Shown here: positions 33,833 through 42,523 of the stretch, in pieces
Layout: each line of letters opens with the position of its first letter
Position numbering within the stretch: position 1 is the first letter of the stretch
Source of the DNA: Cyanophora paradoxa CCMP329
Lineage: Eukaryota; Plantae; Glaucophyta
Assembly (NCBI GenBank): GCA_004431415.1
Contig: QPMI01000010.1
Span: 520,730-584,729 of the forward strand
Reading direction: 5' to 3'
Length of the DNA stretch: 64,000 nucleotides
Made by a program: the position numbers and the translations under genes
The notes under the pieces: model-generated
Seen by the model: only the letters and a program-made list of their open reading frames with translations
What the model was told of the DNA's origin: nothing
Database searches by the model: none

Positions 33833-34228
33833 TTACATCTGAACTGCAATCGCGGGCTCGCTCGCCGCCTTCTTCGGCGCGCGCTGGCGCTTCGGGACTT
33901 GGCTCTCGGCGGGCGCCGAGTCGTCCGCCGGGGCCGCCGTCTTCTTGACGCGGGGCGCCGCGGGGGGCTTCGGGACCGTAGGGGCTGCCGGTGCCTGGCT
34001 CGAGCCGGCGGCCGGGCCAGTGGCGTGGGCCACCTGCGGGCGCTGCGGCGGGGGGCTGGTCTCCCGGGCCCCCTCCTCGAGGACCCGGCGCATGAAGCGC
34101 GAGACCCGGCCGCTGCATTGCGTGCAGGAGCCGACGGCCACCTGGCGGTTGTTCTTGCTGGTACGCACCTCGACGTTGGCGAGCTTGGTGTTGGAACGGC
34201 ACTTGAAGCAGTAGTGGGCGTGCTCCAT
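33833..34228 (-). CDS. DUF5679-like zinc ribbon protein
   Basis: YCFKCR...TSKNNRQVAVGSCTQCSGRVSRF. Confidence 0.75.
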   Translation of the reverse strand: MEHAHYCFKCRSNTKLANVEVRTSKNNRQVAVGSCTQCSGRVSRFMRRVLEEGARETSPPPQRPQVAHATGPAAGSSQAPAAPTVPKPPAAPRVKKTAAPADDSAPAESQVPKRQRAPKKAASEPAIAVQM

Positions 34229-34415
34229 GCTAGCTACGGGGATGTAAGCAGCCTTCAGAAAAAAGTGCGTAGTAGCGGACGGCGCACCGGGCGCAGCAGA
34301 CGTAGACGCCCGCCTTGAGCACCCAGCCGCGCTTGGTCTGCGGCAGGCGGCAGATTTTGCAGCAGAGGGGCCTCGGCTTACGGCATGAGGATCCCATCTG
34401 CGGGCCCTCCAGAAA

Positions 34416-34892
34416 TCACAACGGATTGAGGGCGGCGTAGAGGGCGATTAAGTAGGCGTCGCAGAGGTCATCGAGCTTCCCGTTTCGATCCGCGATATCG
34501 GCAAGCTCGGCGGGTACAAGGTCGCGGCACTTGTCCACGGCGCCGCGCTTACGCTCCTTGTAGCTCGGGTTCGAGATCTTGAAGAAGTGCTTGATGGCGC
34601 GCGGGCTCACGATGCGCGCACGCCCGTACAGGAGGGCGTGGAGCGTGCACTCGATGCAACGATTAATTCCCGTCCTCTGGCCCTCGATCGCGATCTGGTC
34701 GGGAAGGCCGAAGGCGCTATGGCCGCGAGTAACCTCAACCAGGCGCGCCACAAGGCGGCCACAGCAGCGCGCAGACGGGAAGAGGGCGATCTTTTGCCAG
34801 TCGAGAATCTGGGATTCCTTTGTCTGCGGATCGAATTCGATGAGGCACCAGGCGAAATTAATGACCCCCACATCCACGCCGAGAATCTTCAT
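34416..34892 (-). CDS. RuvC-like Holliday junction resolvase (poxvirus A22 type)
   Basis: MKILGVDVGVINFAWC, IAIEGQ, YKERKRGAV, KLDDLCDAYL. Confidence 0.92.
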   Translation of the reverse strand: MKILGVDVGVINFAWCLIEFDPQTKESQILDWQKIALFPSARCCGRLVARLVEVTRGHSAFGLPDQIAIEGQRTGINRCIECTLHALLYGRARIVSPRAIKHFFKISNPSYKERKRGAVDKCRDLVPAELADIADRNGKLDDLCDAYLIALYAALNPL

Positions 34893-34929
34893 TCCGAGGT
34901 CACAAGAAAATCTGAATGAAGGGGGTAAA

Positions 34930-35991
34930 ATGGCCAAGGACCCCAAGAAGCCGAAGAAGCCGAAGGCGGCCAAGCCCCAGGCCGCCCAGCCCCAGGGCAC
35001 CGCCCCCGCCCCCGCCGGCCAGGCCACCGGCTCGGGCTCGGGCACCGCCCCCGCCGCCGGCGCCAGCTGCGCGATGGGCATGACGGAGGACGGCATGCAG
35101 CTCACGCCCGAGCAGGTCAACGCCTTCCTCGACAACTCGAAGACGGGCGGCATCGAGCGCATGGCCTGCCTGCCGGAACTTAAGTGGTTCGACGTGAACA
35201 CCGTGAAGTCCGACGCCACCGTCGTGTGCGTGGGCAAGCGGCGCACGGGCAAGTCCTTCTTCCTTCGCGATCTCATGTTCAACCTCTCGGGCACCTTCCC
35301 TGGGGGTATCGTGATCAGCCAGACCGATCGCCTGAACGGGTACTGGAAGCAGTACATACCCCAGCGCTTCATCTGGCCCAAGTACAACCCGGGCGTGCTC
35401 TTCCATCTATTCAGGAGGCAGCAGGCGATCATGCAGCACAACAAGTCGGAAGACGTGCTGGCGGGAAAGGAAGATCCCGTCGACCCGCGATTTTTCGTGC
35501 TGCTCGACGACGTGATTTCCGACGCGCGGCTGCGGTACGACGAGGCCCTCAACGAGCTGTTCGTGGCGGGGCGCCACTACAAAATCATGACCCTTATCAC
35601 GACGCAGTATGCCAAGGGCATCAATCCCGTCCTGCGCTCCAATACTGATCTGGCTGTCATTTTCAAGTGCTCGCAGGCGATGCAGCGCGAGGCCCTCGCA
35701 AAGGAGTGGGGCGACATCATATCCCAGCGCGCCTTCTACTACCTGCTCGATAAATACACGCAGGATAACCACTGCCTTATCATCGATTCTTCCAACAACT
35801 CTACGAACCCTCTGGACGTCCTGTACGTCTACAAGGCCGAGGAGCCGCCCCCGTTCCGAATCGGATCCAAGGAGTACTGGGAGGGCGAAACCGTCAACGG
35901 GGAAAATCTCGTGGGTCCGGACGACGGCACGGTGGACAAGACGCTCCTCGGCATGATAGATAATTTCAGGAAGCACCGCGGCCTCGCCTGA
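34930..35991 (+). CDS. A32-like genome packaging ATPase (FtsK/HerA)
   Basis: Walker A GKRRTGKS, Walker B FVLLDD, GRHY, TTQY...PVLRSN. Confidence 0.95.
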   Translation: MAKDPKKPKKPKAAKPQAAQPQGTAPAPAGQATGSGSGTAPAAGASCAMGMTEDGMQLTPEQVNAFLDNSKTGGIERMACLPELKWFDVNTVKSDATVVCVGKRRTGKSFFLRDLMFNLSGTFPGGIVISQTDRLNGYWKQYIPQRFIWPKYNPGVLFHLFRRQQAIMQHNKSEDVLAGKEDPVDPRFFVLLDDVISDARLRYDEALNELFVAGRHYKIMTLITTQYAKGINPVLRSNTDLAVIFKCSQAMQREALAKEWGDIISQRAFYYLLDKYTQDNHCLIIDSSNNSTNPLDVLYVYKAEEPPPFRIGSKEYWEGETVNGENLVGPDDGTVDKTLLGMIDNFRKHRGLA

Positions 35992-36017
35992 TTTTTTCTG
36001 AGGCTACGTGCGTAACC

Positions 36018-36362
36018 ATGTCGCCCAGCGCCCACATCGCCTCCGTCTTCCGCGTCGAGTCCATCGCCTACGACTGCCTCCTGGAGGCCAGCCTTGACCC
36101 CTCCTCGCCCTTTAACGACGGCGAGGTCAGCAGCGCCCTGGAGAGGATCTGCGACGCGCTGGGAATTAATTGGGAGCGCCTGACCGCGGAGGCGGCGGAC
36201 GAGGCCGCGGCCGAGTCGCTGGGGAGCGAGGATTCCAGCTCGGAAGAGATGACAGACGAAGAGGGAGACAGGGTTATTTACGTGCGCGACCCGGACGACT
36301 TTGCAACCTCGGAATCGAGCTCGGAAGAGGAGGAGACTGAGGACGAGGACTCCGACGCCTAG
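36018..36362 (+). CDS. Viral acidic hypothetical protein
   Basis: 114-aa ORF with upstream motif. Confidence 0.65.
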   Translation: MSPSAHIASVFRVESIAYDCLLEASLDPSSPFNDGEVSSALERICDALGINWERLTAEAADEAAAESLGSEDSSSEEMTDEEGDRVIYVRDPDDFATSESSSEEEETEDEDSDA

Positions 36363-36397
36363 GCGCGCCCCTTAAAAATTTCCGAGGCCCCAGGAAA

Positions 36398-36742
36398 ATG
36401 TCAAAGGTGCTCCTAGGGCTCTCCCAGGCTATCGTGCAGTACGCCCTCGGCCTGGCATCCGGCTCCCTCATCGACGCCGCCTTCTCCTCGCACGAAGGCG
36501 AAAATAGGGCGGGCCACGCGGCCGAGCTCGCCGCGCAAGTCGCCGTCAACGGCCTCTCCCTCGGCCTGCTCTCGAAATACGTGCTCACCCTCAAGTTCTT
36601 CGACGACGACCCCACGGGCGGAATTATGTTCATCCTCGGATTTACACACGGGCAGACGAACATGCTAATCAAGGCTACCAGCGCTAGCTTCGGAATCAAG
36701 CAGGCGCTCGAGCGGAAGGCCGCCGCGATCACTAAAGAGTAG
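36398..36742 (+). CDS. Viral hydrophobic hypothetical protein
   Basis: 114-aa ORF with upstream motif. Confidence 0.65.
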   Translation: MSKVLLGLSQAIVQYALGLASGSLIDAAFSSHEGENRAGHAAELAAQVAVNGLSLGLLSKYVLTLKFFDDDPTGGIMFILGFTHGQTNMLIKATSASFGIKQALERKAAAITKE

Positions 36743-37573
36743 CTAAAGAGTAGGAAAGAAATGCCAGTCGTTGTACTCGCAGATCCTGTTCCAAATCGAA
36801 TCTAACTCCGAGAGTTTCTGCCTGCTCTTGAGCAAGGGAAAATAGGGGAGGTGCTGGGGCAAATCTAGCAGCACGAAAATCTGCCTGAAAACGTAGTTGT
36901 AGTTGAGCATGTTCTTCCTGCCCTGCGACTTGAACATGCTGAAGGGGACCTCCACCAGGGCGAACATCTCCTGCACCCGGTCCATATCCTCCGCGCTCAT
37001 CGGAGGCGGGCGCTCGCCCGTGATGCGCCACTTGATCTGCGCCCAGCGCTCGATGTACTTCTGCTGCTTCAGAGCCCGGAGAACTTGGCGGATATTGTCT
37101 TTGCTCCACTCCTTCCCTGCCATGCGCCGCGCAATAGCTGCCAGCACGTCCTCGGGTACAGGAGAATCCTCCAGGCAGTGCTGCTTAAGTCGCTCAGATA
37201 CGTGGTACTTCCGCAGGTAGTTGCTGTGGATTTCGCTGACAGCCAGGGGTTGATGGTCCGGATAATAAAAATCCAGGACCAGACCGCAGCCTTGGCAAAC
37301 CAGATCCCCATCCAGGTGAACACCAACGAGGGCGGTAGAGCCGCAATTTCCGCAGGGGACAGCGGCTTCGCCTTGGGGGCCTTGGGTGCGACGGTTGCGC
37401 TTGCGGGGGCGCTCTCCGGCTCCAAGGTAGGAACTGGTGATGGCGGCGGCGGCGGCGGGGTACGGTGCCGGAGTGTCGAAGTCTGGGTCCCCCTCGTCGT
37501 GAAGGATGGCGCCGTAGCGCTGGATCTGCTCAAAGTTTCGGAGGAGGAGATCGATTTCGCCAGAGTCTGCCAT
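36743..37573 (-). CDS. Viral late transcription factor 3 (VLTF3, poxvirus A2-like)
   Basis: TFIIB-like ribbon CGNC...VCQGCG; RKNMLNYNYVFRQI...FPLLKSRQKL...WNRIC...W.FFPTL. Confidence 0.93.
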   Translation of the reverse strand: MADSGEIDLLLRNFEQIQRYGAILHDEGDPDFDTPAPYPAAAAAITSSYLGAGERPRKRNRRTQGPQGEAAVPCGNCGSTALVGVHLDGDLVCQGCGLVLDFYYPDHQPLAVSEIHSNYLRKYHVSERLKQHCLEDSPVPEDVLAAIARRMAGKEWSKDNIRQVLRALKQQKYIERWAQIKWRITGERPPPMSAEDMDRVQEMFALVEVPFSMFKSQGRKNMLNYNYVFRQIFVLLDLPQHLPYFPLLKSRQKLSELDSIWNRICEYNDWHFFPTL

Positions 37574-37805
37574 TCCTCCGAGTCCTCGTACTGCAGCTGA
37601 GCTACGCCCTTGCAGAAGTAGCAAACTGGCTTCACGCAATCGAGTGGGTCCCAGCCGCAGGTGAGCCCGCAGATGTGACAGAAGGCGTTGCTCAGGTGAT
37701 TCATGTGAGGCTCAGGTGATCGCTCAGGTGAGGCGCAGGCGTACCCCGGGGCCCCACGTGGAAGCTCACCCTAGCCTCGGAAAATTTTCTAGGCCTTGGT
37801 CTGAC

Positions 37806-38663
37806 ATGCTCAACCTCATCGCGAGGGGCGTAGCAGCAAACAGGCAAGCCCGCGCTCCGAACCCGCACCTCCGCATGGACGCCTCCGGCCGCTCCCGGGT
37901 AGAGACTCACATCGTGGTGGGCAACATCAACGACAAGGTGCTGGCGCCCGACAAGACGTGGTTCCAGAAGGTGCTGGACGCGGCGCCCACCAAGACCTTC
38001 ACGACGCCGTCCGGGGTAGTCGAGCAGAGGCCGCAGCGCGAGTCGAATTTTATGCTCACCATCCAGACCAACTACAAGCCCCGGAGCAGGGGAGAAGGCT
38101 CCAAGGTTCAAGACGCCTTTTACAGGGGGCTGGAGGCCCTCTTCTACGACGACAGGCAGCTGGCAAAGTGCATAAAGATGGGGGTATACGCGGACAAGGC
38201 GAACCCCAAGGGTCTCGATTTTAAATCGGACATGTACGACACGCACGTGGAGAAGGGCAACGCGAACATCGGCATCGAGTACGGGCCGAGGTCGGGGCGG
38301 CTACACGCGCACATCCTGCTCACGCTGGTGCACTACTCGCGCGTGCAATTCGACGGCAAGAAGGCGTCGGATTTCCTCATCAAGTTCATGCAAACGGAGG
38401 GGCAGGGCGGCCTGCCGAATTTCTACAAGGACGACTGGTTCGGAGAGGAGTACCAGAAGACGGCGGTGCGGCCGATACGGAGAAAGGACGCCCTCGGCAT
38501 GCAGTGGACGGGCAAGGAGACGGGCTACAGGAAGCGAGAAACCGCCAGGCAGATGCACGTAGACGTAAAATTGCTACCGCAGAGCAACCTTAAGGATCTG
38601 CTGCAGCTGTACATTACGAAGACGGTAGAGGCCCTCGAGACGGGCGCTGTAAAGCTCGTGTAA
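37806..38663 (+). CDS. HUH endonuclease (short paralog)
   Basis: Motif I NFMLTIQTN, motif II EYGPRSGRLHAHILL, motif III LYITK. Confidence 0.8.
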   Translation: MLNLIARGVAANRQARAPNPHLRMDASGRSRVETHIVVGNINDKVLAPDKTWFQKVLDAAPTKTFTTPSGVVEQRPQRESNFMLTIQTNYKPRSRGEGSKVQDAFYRGLEALFYDDRQLAKCIKMGVYADKANPKGLDFKSDMYDTHVEKGNANIGIEYGPRSGRLHAHILLTLVHYSRVQFDGKKASDFLIKFMQTEGQGGLPNFYKDDWFGEEYQKTAVRPIRRKDALGMQWTGKETGYRKRETARQMHVDVKLLPQSNLKDLLQLYITKTVEALETGAVKLV

Positions 38664-38686
38664 TTTTTTTCTTGTAGCCAATAAAT

Positions 38687-40660
38687 ATGCCTCCGAAGCG
38701 CCGAGGCCGTAAGAAGAAGCCGGAGAGCGAGTCCGAGGGGTCGGCGTACGAGGAAGAGGAGGAGAAGCCAGAGTCGGAATCAGAGGAAGAGGTAGAAGAG
38801 GAAGAGGCCGAGGATGAGCCAAAGCCAAAGGGGAAGCGGGGGAAGAAGATGAAGGAAAAGAAATACAACGAGCTCGATATGCCCATAGTCGAAATTCCAA
38901 AGCGGGCCGTGCTGGTCGAGGGCGAAAACGGGCAGATCATCGAAATGCAGAAGGGCATCCCGGATGTAGTTAAAATTCTCGAGGATCCGATCACGCGCGT
39001 ACAGGTACCGGAAACCACTGCGCTCGACGCCTACTACGAAGATGCAACGTTCTGGAGCATCCACAGCAAGCAGTTCTACGACGCGCTGCCCGAGGAGCGG
39101 CTGCGGGCCATCCCGCGCGCCTTCCAGAGCGCCCAAAAATCGCCGCCCGTCTGCTACCGCTGCCTGCGCCTCATGTACGAAATCCCGAGCATACCCCGCA
39201 AAAAGGGTACCGCGGAGGCCGTCGCGGAGGCGACCGCGAAGAAGGAGGCCGCGTACGCCGATTACGCGAAAAAGGTCGACAAGGCAAACGAGTGGGCGAA
39301 GGCGCAAAGGCCAAAGAACAAGTACCCCCCGATCAAAGACAAGAAGCCCGCGCAGCTGCCCCCGGTGTACCCAAAGAACTCGTGGCTCTGCATGCAGTGC
39401 TACCGATTCCTGGACGATCGCGGCCTCCTCGCGAATTTGGGCCTGCAGCGGCGCAAGAGGGGCGACACCACGGCCGTGTCGGCACAGGCGCAGAATCAGA
39501 TGGCGCAGACGGTGCTGGGCGGCCCGAAGCCGAAGGCCTCGAAATCCGCCAAGGATATGGCCGCCGCCTTCGGCCAGTCGACCATCGCGCCGGGTTCGGG
39601 CCAGGAGAAAATTAGGAAGCAGGATATCGCCGCGCCCGACATGAGCAGGATCGACGAGATCCTAAGGAAATCGACCGAGGTGAGGGAGAACATAGAAAAG
39701 ACGAAAACGGGGCTGCAGGCCGCGAGGGCCAACGGGCTGGAGGCGCTCGAAAAGGTCATCACCGAAATCAACGAGACGGGCCGCTCGGTTTTCATCCTCA
39801 ACAAAAAGAACGCCGACGGCAGCACGCGCTACGATATTCGTCAGGCGCGCCAGTCGCGGTACTGGGTGCTCTTCAACACGCACAAGAGGCTGGGCGCCGC
39901 GAGAGAATTCGAGGTGGAGGCCTTCCGCGGCAGCCTGGCCCAGGTGCTCTCGGACGCCGAATTCTACAAGTTCATTCGATTTAACTTAAAGGAAGAGGAC
40001 GGCAAGTACAAGGACGATACCTTTGCAAACGCCATCATCGGCATTCGCGTGCAGGGGGGCGTGGAAGTGGGGCCGACGGACGGCTGCCTGCACGCGCACG
40101 TGCTCGTCACGATCGACCACATATCGAACCTGCAGGTGCTCTGGGCAAAGTACGATTGGGTCGTGGTACTCAAGGAAAAGGAGCCGGGTACGACAACCGT
40201 CTACGAGAGGCTGGGCGAAATTCTGGCCGGCAAATTCGCGGAGGCCGGAAGGAGGCTGGTGGAGCAGCTGCAGCAAGAGGCGGGGCAGGACGCGGAGAGA
40301 ATCCTGCAGAACGCGGAGCTCATCGACGACCTGAACCGAGGGAGAATCGGCATGGGAAAAGACCCGCCCACCATCCTCGCCGAGCTGATTCCGGAGGAAA
40401 ATTACGGCGGGCGGCTGCAGGAGTACCTCACGAAGACGCTGCCCGAGACGCAGCGGCGCGACCTGCTGAAGCAGTGGTCGCACGCGCGCAACCAGAATAA
40501 CACCGACAACAACACGGACGGCTACCTCTTCTCCATCTTCCAGACGGAGTCCGCCCCCTCGGACGATCCGCGCTTCGCGCCGCAGGCTGCCGAGATCGGA
40601 GGGCTGGGCCGCGGGCGCGGAAAGGGCAAGGGGCGCGGAAGGGGCAGGGGCCGCGGTTAA
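38687..40660 (+). CDS. HUH endonuclease (long paralog) with N-terminal CxxC..CxxC and C-terminal RG tail
   Basis: YWVLFNTH, EVGPTDGCLHAHVLV, EYLTK; CYRC/CMQC. Confidence 0.8.
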   Translation: MPPKRRGRKKKPESESEGSAYEEEEEKPESESEEEVEEEEAEDEPKPKGKRGKKMKEKKYNELDMPIVEIPKRAVLVEGENGQIIEMQKGIPDVVKILEDPITRVQVPETTALDAYYEDATFWSIHSKQFYDALPEERLRAIPRAFQSAQKSPPVCYRCLRLMYEIPSIPRKKGTAEAVAEATAKKEAAYADYAKKVDKANEWAKAQRPKNKYPPIKDKKPAQLPPVYPKNSWLCMQCYRFLDDRGLLANLGLQRRKRGDTTAVSAQAQNQMAQTVLGGPKPKASKSAKDMAAAFGQSTIAPGSGQEKIRKQDIAAPDMSRIDEILRKSTEVRENIEKTKTGLQAARANGLEALEKVITEINETGRSVFILNKKNADGSTRYDIRQARQSRYWVLFNTHKRLGAAREFEVEAFRGSLAQVLSDAEFYKFIRFNLKEEDGKYKDDTFANAIIGIRVQGGVEVGPTDGCLHAHVLVTIDHISNLQVLWAKYDWVVVLKEKEPGTTTVYERLGEILAGKFAEAGRRLVEQLQQEAGQDAERILQNAELIDDLNRGRIGMGKDPPTILAELIPEENYGGRLQEYLTKTLPETQRRDLLKQWSHARNQNNTDNNTDGYLFSIFQTESAPSDDPRFAPQAAEIGGLGRGRGKGKGRGRGRGRG

Positions 40661-40681
40661 TTAATCTGACGCGCCCGCAAG

Positions 40682-41056
40682 ATGTTCCAGGGGGAATGCA
40701 CCCACTCGGACGTCATCACCGTCGTATGCGGCGCGCTCTTCCTGATTTCCGAGCTGCTGGGCGGCACGGAGCGAGTGCGCCCCAACACCGTGCTGGGCGC
40801 CCTGAAGGCGGCGGCCCTTAGGGTCGTGCGCCGCGGGCAGCCCGAGCCCGAGCCCCCGCCCGAGCAGAGGCGCGAGAGCATACAGAACATAGGCCCGCAC
40901 CACGTGGACATTCAGATGACGCAGACCGGTACGCGTTTTTTTCTAGAGAACATGGGAAATGGAGACTCCCGCGACACCAGCCCCCAGCGCCGAGGATCAA
41001 TCGTCCAGCAACACCAGCACCAGCAGCAGCACCACGGCCTACCCTTGGCTTCTTAG
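40682..41056 (+). CDS. Small membrane protein
   Basis: VITVVCGALFLISELLG...RPNTVLG. Confidence 0.55.
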   Translation: MFQGECTHSDVITVVCGALFLISELLGGTERVRPNTVLGALKAAALRVVRRGQPEPEPPPEQRRESIQNIGPHHVDIQMTQTGTRFFLENMGNGDSRDTSPQRRGSIVQQHQHQQQHHGLPLAS

Positions 41057-41315
41057 GACTTACGCGCGAAAGAAGCAGCAGCAGCCGAAGGCACCGGCGG
41101 AAATGGCGGCTGACCTGGATCGGTGCACCCGCCGCGCCATCGCGAGCTACGCCAAGCGGGTCGAGCAGTACCACCCCCAGATGGCAGAGGACGCCAGGGC
41201 GTACGCGAAAAACCCCGCCGCGAGCCCGCCCGTGATGGCCGCCGTCATCGACCGGCTGCAGTGGGCGCTGCACGAGGAGGGAGAGCGCGTCAGGAATTTC
41301 TTCATGCCCAAGTAA
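40959..41315 (+). CDS. Viral hypothetical protein (overlaps previous ORF)
   Basis: 118-aa ORF with TTTTTTTCTAG upstream. Confidence 0.55.
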   Translation: METPATPAPSAEDQSSSNTSTSSSTTAYPWLLRTYARKKQQQPKAPAEMAADLDRCTRRAIASYAKRVEQYHPQMAEDARAYAKNPAASPPVMAAVIDRLQWALHEEGERVRNFFMPK

Positions 41316-41343
41316 ATTTCTGAAAGGGGCCTTAAACCCGAGA

Positions 41344-41532
41344 ATGATGTCCCTGCCGAGCCTCGACAACATCCTCAGCGATTCGCGCTACCTGGGCAGC
41401 CTGCTGACCCTCGGCGCCGTTGCGTACATGTCGCCCGCGCGCTACTACCTGCTGCGGATCCTCCTCGCGCAATTCGCGGGCTACTACTTCGTGGGGCCCA
41501 CCCTCCTGAACATGGGACCGAAGCGGGCTTAA
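41344..41532 (+). CDS. Small two-TM viral protein
   Basis: 62-aa hydrophobic ORF with upstream motif. Confidence 0.6.
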   Translation: MMSLPSLDNILSDSRYLGSLLTLGAVAYMSPARYYLLRILLAQFAGYYFVGPTLLNMGPKRA

Positions 41533-41551
41533 TTTCTCAGCCCCCCCTTAA

Positions 41552-42001
41552 ATGTCCTGCGTTAACCTCTACGTCCAGTCGAACGGAGAAACGCAGGATT
41601 CCGAGGGCTTCTGGCGCCTCAAGCTGAACCAGATCCCCTCCGACATCGACACGCTGCAGATCAAGGGAGTCTACCTGGAGCTGGACACGACCGCGATTCC
41701 GGACCCCACCGCCGCGAAAACCGCAAACGTGCTGCTGATGGACGCGCCCGACTTGAACGTCACGACCATCTCGAACGTGAACGCGTGCATCAACAAGGTC
41801 GTGATCCCGACGTGGGGCCACGACGGCCTGGAAAACACCATCCTTTACTGGTTCGAGGTGCCCATGGCCGTGCGCCCGAATTACGTCGCGTACGACAAAT
41901 TCCAGGAGCTGCGCGTGCGCTTCACCGACATCACGGGCGCCACGAAGAAGAACAACGCCTTCATCGTCAAGAACTTCGGCCTCTGGGCCTATGCTAAATA
42001 G
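41552..42001 (+). CDS. Probable minor capsid (penton) protein, single jelly roll
   Basis: 149 aa, beta-rich, N-terminal LYVQS and C-terminal LRVRFTDITG pattern seen in pentons. Confidence 0.6.
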   Translation: MSCVNLYVQSNGETQDSEGFWRLKLNQIPSDIDTLQIKGVYLELDTTAIPDPTAAKTANVLLMDAPDLNVTTISNVNACINKVVIPTWGHDGLENTILYWFEVPMAVRPNYVAYDKFQELRVRFTDITGATKKNNAFIVKNFGLWAYAK

Positions 42002-42021
42002 ATTTTCGCAGGCCCCCTTAA

Positions 42022-42498
42022 ATGCGCCTGATCATATTTCCGCGGAAGGGCTCGGGCGTCAAGACGCGCACCTTTACGGGCGTGCCTGGCTACCCCTCGC
42101 CCCTTGCTTACAGAGTCGATCTTGTAACCGCCTCTGGTCCAATTAAATACGGGCTGCTGCACAGCCTCAGTCACATCCGTCTCGGTGAGAGCGCATGGCA
42201 GGACTTGGCCTTAATCGTAGAATTCGAGTACAGGGGGGTAGACACGCTAACGGGCGATCACTTTTACAGGGTACGGGTAGCAAGGGAGGGGTACTCGCTG
42301 CCGAACGGCACGGGCGGGGAATACTGGGAGCCGAAAATACGCGACGCCTCCGAGGCCTACCGCTGGCTGCGCGACGAGCAGATAGTTATCAGGCCCGATT
42401 ACCCCTACGCCGACGTTTTCTGGCAGGTGCCCGTGGGCCGCTGGACAACGGGCGAGGTGAGCGGCAAGCTGAAGTGGACGTGGGACGCGGAGCATTAG
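42022..42498 (+). CDS. Viral hypothetical protein
   Basis: 158-aa beta-rich ORF with upstream motif. Confidence 0.7.
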   Translation: MRLIIFPRKGSGVKTRTFTGVPGYPSPLAYRVDLVTASGPIKYGLLHSLSHIRLGESAWQDLALIVEFEYRGVDTLTGDHFYRVRVAREGYSLPNGTGGEYWEPKIRDASEAYRWLRDEQIVIRPDYPYADVFWQVPVGRWTTGEVSGKLKWTWDAEH

Positions 42499-42523
42499 TT
42501 AATTTTTCTCTCTCGCGGATAAA

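Noticed and set aside
34416-35991. Extended 378-aa and 470-aa ORF versions of RuvC and ATPase
   Set aside because: The extensions are each other's antisense strand; true starts are taken as 34892 and 34930.
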